Assembly (NCBI GenBank): GCA_951406725.2
Contig: OX597829.1
Span: 26,908,001-26,972,000, forward strand
DNA from: Octopus vulgaris
Lineage: Eukaryota
Direction: 5' to 3'
Length of the DNA: 64,000 nt
Shown here in pieces: positions 13,015 through 26,942 of the stretch (positions are counted from its first letter, which is position 1; each line of letters begins with the position of its first letter). The notes under the pieces were generated by a model. That model saw only the letters and a list, made by a program, of their open reading frames with translations, was not told where the DNA came from and made no database searches. Both the position numbers and the translations under genes were made by a program.

Positions 13015-13409
13015 TCTTTATATATAAAAGTGAAGTTGTGTGTCTGTCTCCTACGATTTAGATTCCTAACTACTCCCACATTTTGCGGTGCACTGTAACT
13101 AAAAGTCGGTATCTTATAGTCGTGATTCATATTGAGCCCTTCTGAGTATTAGCGTGCGTCTACGATGAGTCTACAATTTTAAAAAAAATTTACCATCATT
13201 TTTCCCCATTTTTAATGCATTTTTTGCTATTATATAAGAGAAGTAACTCTCTAAAAATGTATTATTAAATCTCAGAACGTAAAAAGCTACAGTAACACCC
13301 CCCCTTTGTGGTTAGCCATATTGAGATGGCTATTATACTTTACATCTCTAAAAATGCTTATATAGTTATTTCCCTTACAAACCCGAGCAACGCTGGGCGA
13401 TACTTCCAG
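13015..13409 (+). mobile_element. Non-autonomous Helitron-like element
   Basis: Starts A|TCTTTATATATAAAAG. Ends with a GC-rich subterminal hairpin CCCGAGCAACGCTGGG about 10 bp before CCAG|T (CTAG-like). It sits between A and T with no target-site duplication. Confidence 0.75.
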
Positions 13410-14351
13410 TTGTAGATAAACCAGAATTAATAAAAGTACCCACTGCATAGGTGAAAAATCATCCTGAGGAGGTAAATTTACCCCAGTTTGCAAACTCCTG
13501 TATACTAAACGTTGTAAAAATTAATATTTCCTTTAGTACAGAAGCAATAGCTTCATCTCTCTACAGAAATTGTGCTGAATTTCTTCCTTCTCATTACTTT
13601 CTGAGTTCAAATGCTGCCAAGGTCAACTTTGCCTTTCACCCTTTTGGGATAATAAAATAAGTACAAGTCAAGTACTGGGGTTGATGTAATTGATGCACTA
13701 AGTGCGTCCTTATATTTTCAAACAATATATTTTCAAAGCAATATCTAATATCAATGGTTTCTGGATTATTTCCCTTCATCAACACAAAATAATCGCTTGA
13801 ATAGAGATGGTGAAACTAGTTCGTGTTCGAAGTATATGCTGTTCAAAGTGACACACAGTCATTGACCTCATAAATAGAGAAATTATTAGTTCTAAATCTC
13901 TGAACAAGAAACATGCAACGACAGTATGATAGAGTAAAGCATATTTACCAAAGTAAAGTGGCAGTCCTGATTAGGACCAATGTTGCTGTTATTTAGCCCC
14001 AGGGAAATATTGTCTCCACCTGGCTACTAAGAATTAGTGTCACCATCTCTAGCCAAGCAATTATTCTGTGCTGATGAAAGGAAATAATCCAGATACCATT
14101 GGTACACAGATATTGCTTACAACTGAGTGGGGACACTATCTCCCTTGTTTGAAAATATAAGGATGCAGTTAGTGCGTCAATGGCCAGCTGGAGACAATGT
14201 TTTCCTGGTGCTAAATAACAGCAACATTGGTCCTAGTCAGGACTGCCACTTTATGTTGGCAAATAAGCTTCACTCTATTGCACTGTTGCTGCAGGTTTCT
14301 CATTCAGAGATTTAGAACCAATAATTTTTATTTATATATATATATATATAT

Positions 14352-14660
14352 ATGAAGCACTCCATCGGTTACGACGACAAGGGTCCCAGCCGATATGATC
14401 TCAATGGAACAGCCTGCACATGAAATTAACGTGCAAGTAACTGAGCAATCCAGACACGTGTACTCCTAACGTAGTTCTCAGGGAGACTCAGTGTGACAAG
14501 GCCGGCCCTTTGAAATACAGGTACAACTCATTTTTGTCAGCTGAGTGGACTGGAGCAATGTGAAATAAAGTGTCTTGCTCGAGGACACAATGTGTCACTG
14601 GAAATCGAACTCACAACCTTATGATCGTGAGCCGAATGCCCTAACCACTAATCCACATGC

Positions 14661-14661
<1 letters not shown>
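14352..14661 (-). mobile_element. tRNA-derived SINE with CORE-like segment TGTGTCCTCGAGCAAGACACTT; related copies near 11340-11520, 33215-33446 and 59286-59640
   Basis: A box (GTGGATTAGTGGTTAGGGCATTCGGC) and B box (GAGTTCGATTTCC) on the minus strand, a shared central block, and a tail ...GTCGTCGTAACCGATGGAG. Confidence 0.8.
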
Positions 14662-14701
<40 letters not shown>

Positions 14702-14749
14702 TAGAAACACATGTGATAGGCTTAGCACTGTTCTGTCTACAAATTCACT

Positions 14750-14979
14750 TTAATCCTTTAGCATTTAAACCAGCCATATATGGCCAAAACATTTTACTTG
14801 CTTTAAGTTCAAACTGACCAGATCTGACATCTCACACCTGCCCTAGAATGTCGTTTTGAACATAAAGCAATCACATCACTGAAATCTCAAGGTTACAACA
14901 TAATGCAGGATAAATTCAATACAATGTGAATAAATAAGCATTACATTTGACAGAGTGGATCCGAATGCAAAAGAGTTAA
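14750..14979. mobile_element. piggyBac-type MITE, family 'CCCTTTAGCATT'; other copies near 27490-27696, 28366-28541 and 15400-15660
   Basis: Degenerate terminal inverted repeats flanked by TTAA: TTAA TCCTTTAGCATTT ... GAATGCAAAAGAG TTAA. The internal sequence recurs several times in the window. Confidence 0.7.
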
Positions 14980-15968
14980 GAATGTTAATCCAGTACATCT
15001 TTTACTTTGTATCAATTTGTGGATTTATGTTTGCTCTTGAATTAAAATTCAAATATTCACTCACATGTTTACAAACGAACAAAGGAAACTAGATGGTGTT
15101 TGGTCCTTTGACCTACTCTAAAAATAGCAAGCAAATTTCTCAAATCACACTCTTACTATAACCCTTTTGTTTCCATATTTCTATTTAAATACCTGGCTTC
15201 ATTTCAATTAATTTTGAAAACAATAAAGAATTTAGTAAAATAACTCATGAAGTTGGTGCTTGGAACATACATAAACATGAAATTTTCTTGAAAAGGTTTA
15301 ATGGAGATCACTCTAAAACCTGAAAATTTTATGGTAGAACTAAGTATGGATTCAGGCAGGTTGGTATCAAAAGCATTCAGATTCCTGTCAAACATAATGC
15401 TTGTCTATTTGCACTGTTTTGAATTTATCACTGCATCATCTCACAGCTTTGTGATTTCTATGATGTGATAGTTTATTTTTAGAAAGACATGGTAGGGTAG
15501 AAAGTCATGTAGACTACTTGGAATGGATATCGTCAGTTTAAATGCTGAAGAATTAAAAAGGTAAAAAGTAATGTAGTTCATGATGAAAAAATACTTAAAA
15601 TGGCAGGTTGTCATGGCTGAAATGTCTTGTTCTGCTGGACTAGGGCTAAACAAGGATTAAACTAGTTTTTTATCATATTAAAAGGGTGTAAAAGTTTTTT
15701 GTTTTTTAAATATGCAAATGAGGTTTGCTTTGGGGTTGTTTTCTTTTGAAAAGTTTTTTTTTTTTTGCTTAATTTTTGTCCAGAGTCCTTTTTTGTATAC
15801 CCAATGAATAAATAAATAAATAAACTAGAAAATACAGATGTTCTTTCATTGACCAGTGAAATTCTTTGAACAGAAACTTTCTTTGTTTGCTATGAAATGA
15901 CTGGAGAATAATTGTCTTATTACTTGCTATGGGAAGTCAAACATGAACCACACTGATTATTTGAACAG

Positions 15969-16018
<50 letters not shown>

Positions 16019-17169
16019 AAATACAAAGCAAAAAAAAAAAAAGATTCAGAAATGTTGTATCTCTCCATTCCTGACTACAACAACAACTAGAACCACTGGC
16101 AGCAGTTTCTTCAGTCTATCATTCCTCCACAGGAATTTTAAACCTGAACTAGAAACAAAAATTTCAAGACTTATCACGAAAATTTGAGAGAAAGGTGGAA
16201 GACAAGGAAGGGGAGAAGAACGAGGGATAACAGAGATGGCAGTATAGAAAGCGAGAGGAAAAGGAGCAGAATGAGAGTGATAGATAAATAGAGAGGTAGA
16301 TAAAGGGAGAGAAGCAAAAGGAGAGGTAGAGGAAGATAAAGCAGGAATTATAAGGTGGGAGTAAGTAGAATGAAAGAGAAAAGAGGTTAAATAGAATGAA
16401 AGGATAGAGTGATAGTATGTGTGGGACAACAGAGGGCTATATAGTATGACTGCGGGAGAGAGTAGAAAGAATGAAAGATAGAGAGAGAGAGCATGAGAGA
16501 ACAAAACAAGAAAGACTAGAAGAAATGAATACAACAAATTGAAAAAGAATAGTCAGAGAGACAGAGGATGACATTAAAAAAAAAAGCAGAAAAAGGAAAG
16601 AAAAACTAATAAAGAACACGGAGAGCAAAAACAAAATATATAAAATCCCTCAATGAATAAATCCTGGGATTAATCTACAATAATTCATGAGTTAAATAGT
16701 GAAGATAACAGAGATTATTGACCACATAACTTAAGTTTAGATCTTATCACAGCTGTTCCGGACAAGACATCTAACTCAACTTGTTCTAGTTTGCCTGACT
16801 GACAAATGAGCCAATGGTGAAGCATTTATAAGGTCAGCAACCTGCTAAAAATAACAGCTAAATCTCTCTCAAATCACACCTTATCTCTAAAGAAAACATT
16901 TTAAAAAACAGTTTGGGAGCCAGTCAGTCACACACACACGTATGTTTAATATCTACTTTTCTATGATATGCAATGGAGGGGATACTTATTCAAGAAGAAT
17001 TTTTCATGGCCAGATACCCTACCTGTCACAAAATAAGGTTGGTTTTTGTTGTATTTAATTTCATAGGCTTTTAAAAGCTTACAACAACCAGTCCTAATGA
17101 CAAGGAATCTAAACAACATGTCACAATTTTGAAGACTGTGAAATAATAAATGGTAAACAGATGGGCCAA

Positions 17170-18128
17170 TATCCAGTGAATATTGGTATGTGGGGCATCA
17201 TTTTCCATTCAAACGCTCCAGCCTTTGGAATGTCATCCTTGCTGTATGTGGCTGAGTATTATCCTGATGGAAGAATACCTTTCATCTTGAAACCAAAGAC
17301 GGTCATTTTTTCCTAGTGCTGACTTAAGCCACTCAAGCTGCTTGCAGTAGATTTCCTTTGTTATCATTTGGTTTGGGTATAAAAGTTCAAAGTGGACTAA
17401 ACCTTTTGTATCCCATCAAACAGATAACAATACCTTACATGGGCAAAGACCTTCTTCAGCCTGGGGTGCTGATGTTTCTCCTTTCCCTACTCACTGTCTT
17501 CGGTTTTTGACATTTTTATAGAGAACCCATTTCTTGTCACCAGTCACTATTTGGTCCCCCAAAAAGTTCATTTGTGAGATGTGACAGCAAAGAAGAGCAC
17601 TCAATCACTCTCTATGCATGATTAGCCTCGGAAAGTTTGTGAGGAACCCACTGACCCAATTTACTGACTTTTCTGATGGCACACAGGTGTCGATAAACGA
17701 TTGAATGACCAAGTCCAAGCTTCTCTGCTAGTTTTTCAACAGTTACGATGGGATTTTGTTCCACCAGGGTTTGCAAGATGTCCTCGTCAAACTAGCTCTA
17801 CCGATCTTCCAAGACGAGGCTTGTCTTCTTGACTATAGTTTTCAGCTTGGAATTTCTGGAACCACTGCTGATACTGGCATATGCTTATTGTCCAATCTTC
17901 ATATATTGCATTACTATTGCTCACACATCCCATTGCATTGTTGCCTTTACTGAACTCATAAAGCAAAATATACCAAATATGCTCCTTTGTCACTTCCATA
18001 AGAATAAGACAAAGTAAAATTACTACCTGCTTTTATAGCAAGTTGATGCAGGTAGTTTATCCCATTCCCCTCTGAATTTTAGTTCATGCAATTTAAAAAA
18101 CTGCATTATTTATCGGATAATCCACTAC
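17170..18128 (-). mobile_element. Decayed mariner (DD34D-type) transposon with transposase pseudogene
   Basis: Broken frames read MEVTKEHIWYILLYEFSKG...WFQKFQ...EDKPRLGRS, GQWVPHKLSE (WVPHEL motif), IVTGDKKWVLYKN and WDTKGLVHFELL. A TIR-like sequence TAGTGGATTATCCGATAAATAATGCAGT lies at about 18128-18101. There are multiple stops and frameshifts. Confidence 0.88.
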
Positions 18129-19241
18129 ACACACACACTTACATATATTATAAAGACAAGATAGTCACAGCTAGCTGGAAACATATTTGATCTTAGATCT
18201 TTCCACAGACTGGCAGACAGACTTGAGACTAAATGGCAACAATTGACAAAACAGCTCCACACACATTTGACAGTTAAACAATTTATGACAAGACAGACAT
18301 CCATGTCATACAAAAATGATGCACATAGTAATGGTATGTACATCATAAAGACATGTATACACACAACAGTAGTAAACATTGCATAGACACTAGATACAGC
18401 TTATGTACATACATAATCTAATAGTTAATAGATATGTCACTCAATCAAAGAGAATCCTTGGAGCTCATTCAAACTTCCAATTTTATTGGTTTTTCTTCTT
18501 GTAAGCATAGAGTATCTGAAGTGTCAAGAATTATTAACAGCAATAAAACACAAAACTATCGCCATTAACAACAAAACACATCCCCAGAGAATTTTGAATT
18601 TATTTATTTACAAAGAGTGTTTCAGAGGAGACCTCAATTCCCATTGCAACATAACACATTTATTTTGTTTTAATGACTAGTTCGATTATTAACTAATTAG
18701 CTTAGCTTATGGGGTTGTGAATTGGCAGAGGGATCAAATTACTATAGCAATGGAATCCTAAGTTTAATCTCAACTAGTTTCAATTTAGTGGCTTGTCTCT
18801 TTGAATTCAATAAAATAAAAATGCCAGTGATCTTTTATTTTTTAACTTTTATCTTTTACTTATTTCAACCATTGGACAGCAGCCATGTTAGGTCACTAAA
18901 TTGAATGGCTTTAGTTGAACAAATCAACCCTTTTTTTAATCTTTTTGCTTTTTTTTTAAAGTCAGTACTTATTCTGTCTCTTTTACCAGGGCATTAAACT
19001 ATGTGGACATAAGCAAACAAACACTGGTTGTTAAGTGAAGGGAGGAAGTGACAAATACAAAGACATATATACACACACATATACAACAGGCTTCTTTCAG
19101 TTTCCATCTACCAAATCCACTGACAGGGTTTTTGCTGCTTCCCAACCATTTGGTTTTGAGGTCAGTCACACAGCATGGTTACCTTGGGCAAATCCTTGTG
19201 AGTGGTTTTTTTGTAGAAGAAAACTGAAAGCCTGTCATGTA

Positions 19242-19280
<39 letters not shown>

Positions 19281-20353
19281 ATACGTGATGATTGTAAATG
19301 AGCTTCACCTCCATACAAGCAATATTGTTCATTTTCAATCTTCCATGAGAAAATGTCTTGTCATGGAAAAATATTACTTTACTTGGCAACAGGTGAGGGT
19401 TGGTGATAATAAGGGCATCTAGTCATAAGAATATTCCTCAATGAACTCTGCCCAACCCATGCAAGCATGGAAACGATGATAAATTATGCCCTTGAGTTTT
19501 TGCATTTTTATTGAATTGTTATTTCCTACACTGGTCAAAGCCATGAGTTTAAAAGGGAGAAGTATATAATCAACTGAAATAAATGTATCCCGATCTCCAT
19601 CACATGACTGATAATTTTTTTTATTGTTTATTATCCTTTTCCATGTTAGCATGCATAGGTCAGTAGGGGACATATTTATGGCAGGATTTTCAGCCAGATG
19701 CTCGTCACAAACTTTCATCTGATTTTCAAATGAAAGATTTCTTATTCTATATGTTTTTTGAAATCACAAAATGACCAGTTATAATGTTAGTATAAAAAAT
19801 GTAAACATTATCACCACTTCAGACAAGCAAACCCAAGGGATATCAAAATAAACACAGATCTATGCACACACCCGCACAATCTATATAAAGTACACATGCA
19901 CACATTACACTCATGACAGGGTTTCTGACAGTTTCCATTTAGAAGGCATTGATCAACCTGGAATCGTAGTACAAGACACTTGCCCAAAGTGCAACACGGT
20001 TGAATTGCACCTAAAACCATATGATTGCAAAGTGAGCTTGACAATATTGCTGTGACAGTGCCTTCATCATTTCATAATTTTCTTAATGTTCACTTTTCCA
20101 AGCTCAGAGGCCGGAATTTACAGAGCTGGATTTTTCTAGAGCCAGATGCTCTTTCTGTCACTAACCCTCATCTGTTTTAAAGTAAGGTGATATTTCTCCA
20201 GGATTAGACATGTTTTCATGAAAGATTGGAAATGAGGGACAATGCTTACATGATGATGACACACATTTACATATGATGTCAGAGCAAGAGACAGTAACAT
20301 ACAGATACATGTTTAAAGTGGGCTTCTTTCAACTTCCTCCAACCAAATCCACT

Positions 20354-20772
20354 TGTAGTGACACCATCTTGGAAATCTCCAACACGTATGCGCAGGGTTG
20401 GAATCTTCCGGAAGTTCTATCGTGTGCATGCGCAGAAAACTAGCAGCAGTGAAATTCTCTTGTATCGCTCTCTTGGACGCTAGCAGCTGAACAAGACAGA
20501 TGTGTCTCCATCAGCTCTATCGAGCTTCTACCTCGTGGTGCATCTCCGCTATGCCTGAAAGGGCAGGATTAACTCACTCCTCTTGACTACTGCCAATAAG
20601 CTCCTAGGCTACCAATTCGCCCAGAGGAAGGAAATGTTTATATTGAAAATCAAAGAAGAAATATTTATACTGTTTAAGTTAATTGAAAATCTTGACTCTT
20701 TCTTCGATTAATATTTAATGTAAAGGATGCGAACTGCTCCCATCCAGTGCAGGAATCTCTCATCCTGTTACA
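20354..20772. mobile_element. Solo LTR (419 bp) inserted into a SINE remnant
   Basis: Termini TGTAG...GTTACA (TG..CA) with a perfect 4-bp duplication CACT at 20350-20353 and 20773-20776. Removing it restores the common SINE motif ACCAAATCCACTCACAA. It is more GC-rich than its flanks. Confidence 0.85.
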
Positions 20773-21933
20773 CACTCACAATTGCCCGAGATGCTATACA
20801 GTGGGATCAAACCTAGGACAATGCAGTTGGGAAACAAACTCCTTACCATACATGCCTTATATTATCAATAAACATTAAGGACATTAAATTGCATCTGGTA
20901 GTGAGGCTCACCTTCAGAAGTTTGGAGGAGTATAAAGTTACTCCTCGGTCACTGCTACTCCAAGGTCTGACGTAGTCCTACCCACTCCTTGTGAATGGCT
21001 CAAGTTAGGGGTCAAATATCAGAAGACGGTTCTCTGGTAACAACATACAACACTTGGAAGGTTGATCCTTAGAAATGTATCATGGATATTGCCTAATGTC
21101 ATATTAACCATTTACATAGTACCTGTACTCCAAGAGTAATCTTGGAAGAGCAAAAGACTAGCAAAGCAAACTATAAGTGTACCAGAAGGCAACGGAGAAA
21201 CTATTGTGTCTTTCCTAAGGAATATCATGAATCTTTCAGACTTTTAGCATGGAGATCTATGATTATTGATGTCTGTAAAAGAGGAAATATGCAGCAAGCG
21301 GCGGGGGTGGGGGAGAAATAGGAGAAGGAGTGAAAGGGGGAAGGGGGAGTGATAAGAAGGGGAGGGAGGGGTAGAGAGCAAGAGATTCTATCAAGAATTG
21401 GTATTTGTATGCTTTTTGGGGGGACAAATTCTATCTCCATTCTCACTAGGAATTCTTTCTCATCTCAAACTGCAGATATACTATATAGAGGAGTTTTTCC
21501 ACCTACATCATTGCACAAACTTTATTGACATCACATATTCTATCCTTTTTTTTTTATTGTTAGTAAAAGTGTTGTGTTAAATATTGATCCCTATATTAAG
21601 TTACTTTAGCCTACATTATAAACAGAATTTTTTAAGAATAAGCAATCCTGTTTAGCCTATGACATCTAGCTTCTTTTTCAATCCATCCCACAAAAGTAAA
21701 CAAAGTCTGATGCCCCTGATATGGGTATGAGACATTTTGGCATAGCCATTGTGGTTCCACTTATTTGATGCTGCTAATTCAATGCTGATTTGGTTGACAT
21801 CAGATGTTTTAATGTTTCTCTGTGTGTATGTGGAGAGAGAAAGTATATCTATTGTGTTCAATAGATAAAATGTAATGTCTTAATCTATGTTTGTTTATGA
21901 GCATTTAGTTATGTTTGCATGTATTCTCTCTCT

Positions 21934-21984
<51 letters not shown>

Positions 21985-22012
21985 GAGAAAATAAGCAACA
22001 AGAATGGATTAG

Positions 22013-22105
22013 TTTTTAGTACAATTGTTTCATACAAAGACAGGCTTTATTAAAAGTTGCAAATATTGCAGCAGATAAAAGTGTCCCGTACTCATCAGCT
22101 AAAAC
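22013..22105 (-). ncRNA. Minimal type I hammerhead ribozyme motif of the Penelope-associated kind
   Basis: Minus strand: TTTTAG-CTGATGA-GTAC GGGACA...TGTCTTT GTAT-GAAA-C AATT G-TA-CTAAAA. The core CUGAUGA/GAAA is intact, with a GUA cleavage triplet, stem I TTTTAG/CTAAAA and a short stem III with palindromic AAUU loop. Confidence 0.8.
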
Positions 22106-22616
22106 ACATATGAGTTCTCCAAACATCTTAGTGGGTGAGGCTACACTCATGAAGTATTGGAGATAATTTCATTAAAAGTAGATTCATATATAAATATATA
22201 TATATATATATAAATTTTTTTTAAAAAACACCTTTTATCAATTCAACAATGAAAAAATTAAATTATACCATATAGAGAAAAATTAAATATAAGATAAAAA
22301 CATATACCAATGATTAAAGTAATATACAAAATAATAAATAAAATGTATATAATTGGTAAAATTTATGTATGTATATATATATATATATATATATTATTAT
22401 TATTATATGTAGAAAAATACAAACTGGGACAAGAACGCAAAACACTTAGAAGACGATACAAAAAACACGGATGGGACATTCGAAGCTCTCAATCTTCAGT
22501 CAAGAACCGGATCATCGTAGCATATATATATATATATATTATATTTTGTGAAATTTGATTTAGTATTTCTAAATTGAACTTTTCCCTGTAAGTTTGGAAT
22601 AGTATTCCCTAATATT

Positions 22617-22652
<36 letters not shown>

Positions 22653-25154
22653 GTATGTGTATGTTTTTGTGCATGTGTGTTTGCTTCAAATGCCAAAAGC
22701 AATTGTCAGCAAAACAGGCTGAATGTCCAGTCAGCCATGCCAAATCATCAGCATCAAAACAGCTTTGCCCAATCATTTCATTCTGCCCTAATGCAGAGAG
22801 GTTTAATGGTTACCTATTGCAAGTTAAATCTAAATAAAGACCCAGGGTATAAAAGTGATAATTACAATGAACAAATATGCTTATAATACATGTCTTTTGT
22901 TCTGATATTATTACATTTTTCAAGGCATACACACTATTCCCAAAGCTCTAGTGTAGCTTATAGTAGATCTATCAATACAATCTATCAAATTCCTTCTCTG
23001 GGTGTAAGAACATTACAGAAGTTAAACGTCTACTCAACTAACTGCAAGTTATCTGAATTTTATTGCTAAATATAATAAAGCAAACAACAATACAATCTAT
23101 AAAAATAATAAAACAACAAAACCACGGGTTTGATTAGTTACCATTACCAATGACTAGTACTGTAGAGTATTCATCGTGTTTTATATTTACATTAATAATC
23201 TAAACTAGCTCTCCAATAACACAATGGTACAACATACCAAGCTTTTTGCAGCTCTTTAAAATGTGACCGTTCTCAATCCCTCCCCCACCCTGCAATATAA
23301 ATCTATAACAGCCACAATGCTTAGAATGAGTGAATGTGCAGGCAGGGTACAAAAAGAAATCATTAAAAAAAAAAAAAAATTATAAGCTAGCTACTGTTGG
23401 CTGAAAGGGATAATGCATTCCCAATATGGGATAATCATGACAAAGAAGCTAAATGAAAACCAAACCAACAGGTGTGAAGTAAAATGGACTACATTAAAAA
23501 CAACACTTTGTTCTTTTTTTTTTTTTTTTTTGTTCTTTCTTCTTACAGTGGTTTCAGCCATTGAACTGTGATCATGCTGGATCATCATGGCTTTAAGGGT
23601 ATTTAAGTACACCCCACCCTTTTATTCTTCTATGTTTTCCAGTCATTGGACTGCAATCAGCTTGAAGGGTTTAATCAAGCAAATTCACCATGGTACTTAT
23701 TTTTTAAAGTCTGGAACTTGTTCTATCCATTTCTTTTGCCAAGCCATCAGATTATGGGGACTTACACAAACCAAAGGGTTGATAAATGGTAAGAGAAAGA
23801 AAGAAAAAAACATGCATGCGCATGCAGGCTTCTACACAGTTTCCGCCTACCAAGTTCATTTACAACACATTAGTTGGTCCAGGGCTATAGTACAACATAC
23901 TTGCCCAATTTGTAGCCCTAAATACTACACAGAAGAACTGAACCTAGAACATGCAATAGTGAGTACATTTAGAAACATGGCTTGGCTTGCACATAATAGT
24001 TTTCTCATAGTTTCCTTATTAGTTTAGATTTTATTCTTTTTACGTTTTTTCTATTAACAACGAGGAGGGAAGTGTGTTGTGTGTGTGTGTGCACTGGAGC
24101 AATGGGATTTAGTTGTAAGAGAGGTGTGTCTGCTTTGCAACTAACCTACTCTCAGATGTGAAGCAGGGAGTGGAACTTCTTTTTCAATATGTCAGAGAAA
24201 AATGTATGAGAAAACTATTGATGGGATAAGTAGGAAAAGAAAATTGCTAAAGTTCATATATATATATATACAAACATTTTATTTCACACACACAGATAAT
24301 TCAGGGCACCTGGGACAATAAAAATCTGCAAGACCTTGAGATTTAAATGATGAGCAAAAGAAGATACTTTTCTTCACAACCTTGCTACCAAGCCAGTGGC
24401 CCATCAAAATTAAAAACAGAGAAATCACATACACTCCAGGCCAATTGATGCCTTGTGAGTGAATTTTGTAGACAGAAAATGTGCAGAGGCCTGTCATTAT
24501 ACATGTGTTTGTTTCTAACTCTTGGCAATTAGATGTTGGTTTACATCACCATAACTGAGAAGTCTGATAAAAAAAAAATAATAAAAAAACCAATAAAATA
24601 AGTAGCAGGGTTAAAAATATGTACTGGACTCAGAATGGATTAACTAAACTTTTTGAGGTAGTGCTCCAGCAGGGTCACAACTCAATGACTGAAACAAAAA
24701 GAATATTTGGAATGTTTGTATGGTGCTTCCAAGGTTCCCCTATAACGTGTGTGTGTGTGTGTCAGAAAAGGGAATAAGAAAGAATAGAGAAATGGGGAGA
24801 GAAAGAAAGATAGGGAAAGAAATGGAGAGAAAAACTGGAAAGAGAATTGTTTTTTAAAGTTTGATAGCACTGAGGATAATGTATACATTTGAAGAATTTG
24901 TGTGGGAGGAATGAAATAAGAGGAAATGGTAGGGAGGTAAATGGGGTGGGTAAGCAGAAAAAAGGGTGTTGCTAGGAAGTCAGTGGTGCCAATAAGTAGA
25001 GTTTAGGTGTCTTGTTCAGAGACACAACACAATGGTGGTGGGTGGTGGTGGTGGTGGTGATGATGATGGTAATAAAAAAATAACCTTTACTACTATAGGC
25101 ACAAGTCCTGAAATTTGAGTGGGAGGAAGCCATATTAGTAGCAACAACAATAAC

Positions 25155-25418
25155 TGAGAAATATCAGGACATAGCCATGGAGATGAAAAGATTGTGGAAA
25201 AACTAAGATGACAATTATTCCCAAACTGCTGCCTAAGAGACTGAAAGAGATCAGAATTTAGCCTCAAGTTGTCAACCAACAGAAAATACCATCATGTATT
25301 CTGCAAAAATCCTAAAAAGGATTCTTGAGATTAGAGGAGATTTGTTACCACTAAACCTCTGGATAACATCCCAACTAAATAATATAGCATGTAATAGCTT
25401 TAATAATAATAATAATAA
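25155..25418 (+). mobile_element. Highly degenerate 3' end of a Dong/R4-like LINE with (AAT)n tail
   Basis: Broken frames read IPKLLPKRLKEI..., QK.TIMYSAKILKRILEI, resembling the C-terminus of REL-endonuclease R4/Dong ORFs. A short UTR and TAA repeats follow. Confidence 0.45.
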
Positions 25419-25419
25419 T

Positions 25420-25631
25420 CCTTTCTATTATAGGCGCAAGGCCCGAAATTTTGGAGGAGTGGGATAGTTGATTACACTGACCCCTGTGCTCAACTAGTAC
25501 TTATTTTCTCAACCCCAAAAGGATGAAAGGCAAAGTCAACCTCAGTAGAATTTGAACTCAGAATGTGCAGTTGGACAAAATGCTGCTAAGCATTTACCCC
25601 AGTATGTTTATGACTCTGGCAGTTTGTTGCT

Positions 25632-25635
<4 letters not shown>
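25420..25635 (-). mobile_element. Meta-domain-type SINE; further copies near 13570-13700, 32828-33040, 35978-36395, 37785-38010, 41200-41760 and 42231-42445
   Basis: Shared block GAGTTCAAATTC...GACTTTGCCTTTCATCCTTT.GGGGT.GA.AAAATAAGTAC.AG resembles the MetaSINE domain. The 3' end is followed by (ATT)n. Confidence 0.75.
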
Positions 25636-25672
<37 letters not shown>

Positions 25673-26363
25673 GATGATGATTTCTTTAATAATAATAATA
25701 ATGGTTTCACATTTTAGTTCAGGGCCAGCAATTTCAAGACAGTGGGGGGTAAGCTGATTTCATCTGCAAAGAATCTTCGTTATGTACATCTGGGATGACA
25801 CTGTCCAATGTACTTTTTCCCTTTATTCTTTAAAATTATAGGGCATGTTTTGAGGGAGTCTTTATTGCTATTTCTAGTACATCAAAGAACTGCATAGAAG
25901 TACCGTCATTGGTGAATCCTTATGGTACTTTTGTGTACTATATTGTTGAATATCATCATCATCATCAACAGCATTAGTTTCCATGCTAGCATGGGTTGAA
26001 CAGTCCGACACGATCTGGTGAATTTGCGGGGCTGTGCAGTGCCACCTGCTGTATTTTTGCTATGGTTGGATGCCCTTTCTAATGCCAACCACCTTACAGT
26101 GTATGCTGGGTGTTTTCTTCGTATCATTTGTGAGGTTACCAAGGAAGTTGCAGAACAGAAAAGAAAGAAAGAAAAAGAAAAAAAAACAGAAGGAATCTAC
26201 TTTTATTAGATCCAATGTCAGCATATGTATCTGTGTGTATGCATGTGGACTAATACACAAAGACAGGGTCCTGTTGAAATCCTTATCCAAATTGTTCTAT
26301 AGAGGAAGGTTAAAACAATTGAGATTATCAATGAGTGGTTATATTCAAAATCAGTTTAACAGT

Positions 26364-26404
<41 letters not shown>

Positions 26405-26473
26405 TATGTGTGTGTATGTGTTGAATGAGACTTCTTCACACAGTAAGTTTTCTATGATAGTTACCCTTTATAT

Positions 26474-26512
<39 letters not shown>

Positions 26513-26942
26513 AACAAACAACTGCTACATAGTAACTTCCTGGAAAACAAACCTAATTTCACATTATGAATTGGCAATGATGTAAGTGTTAAGAGTAAGA
26601 ATGATGATGAATGATGATCACATGATGATGGTGGTGATAATTCCCCACCTATGGGGGGGGGGGGTATCTTTGATGATTCAACTCATTACCATTCTACTTC
26701 ACCCCACCCAACACCAACACAGGCATACATTACAAGTTCTTAGGTCATAAAATTCTGAGACACCACAACTTGCAAATGTGCGTCTGAAGTTTATTGAGCA
26801 AGTGTCAAACATTAATAATTATTGAAATACAAAGAGTTAAGAGAAAATCCAATATGATAATATACAAATTTGTTTCCTTATTAAATATAGAAGTTACAAA
26901 AGTCAATGAATTAATTTATTCTTTACAATTCTATAGGCACAA

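Noticed and set aside
16046-16634. Hydrophobic 163-aa and 65-aa ORFs
   Set aside because: They are translations of a degraded purine-rich low-complexity tract with no recognisable motifs.
21300-21380. G-run cluster with G-quadruplex potential
   Set aside because: Similar G/C runs are common in this DNA, and nothing indicates function.
22410-22525. CTGAAGA motif on the minus strand suggesting a hammerhead
   Set aside because: No correctly placed stem II, GAAA and stem III were found. It is probably just a repeat fragment.
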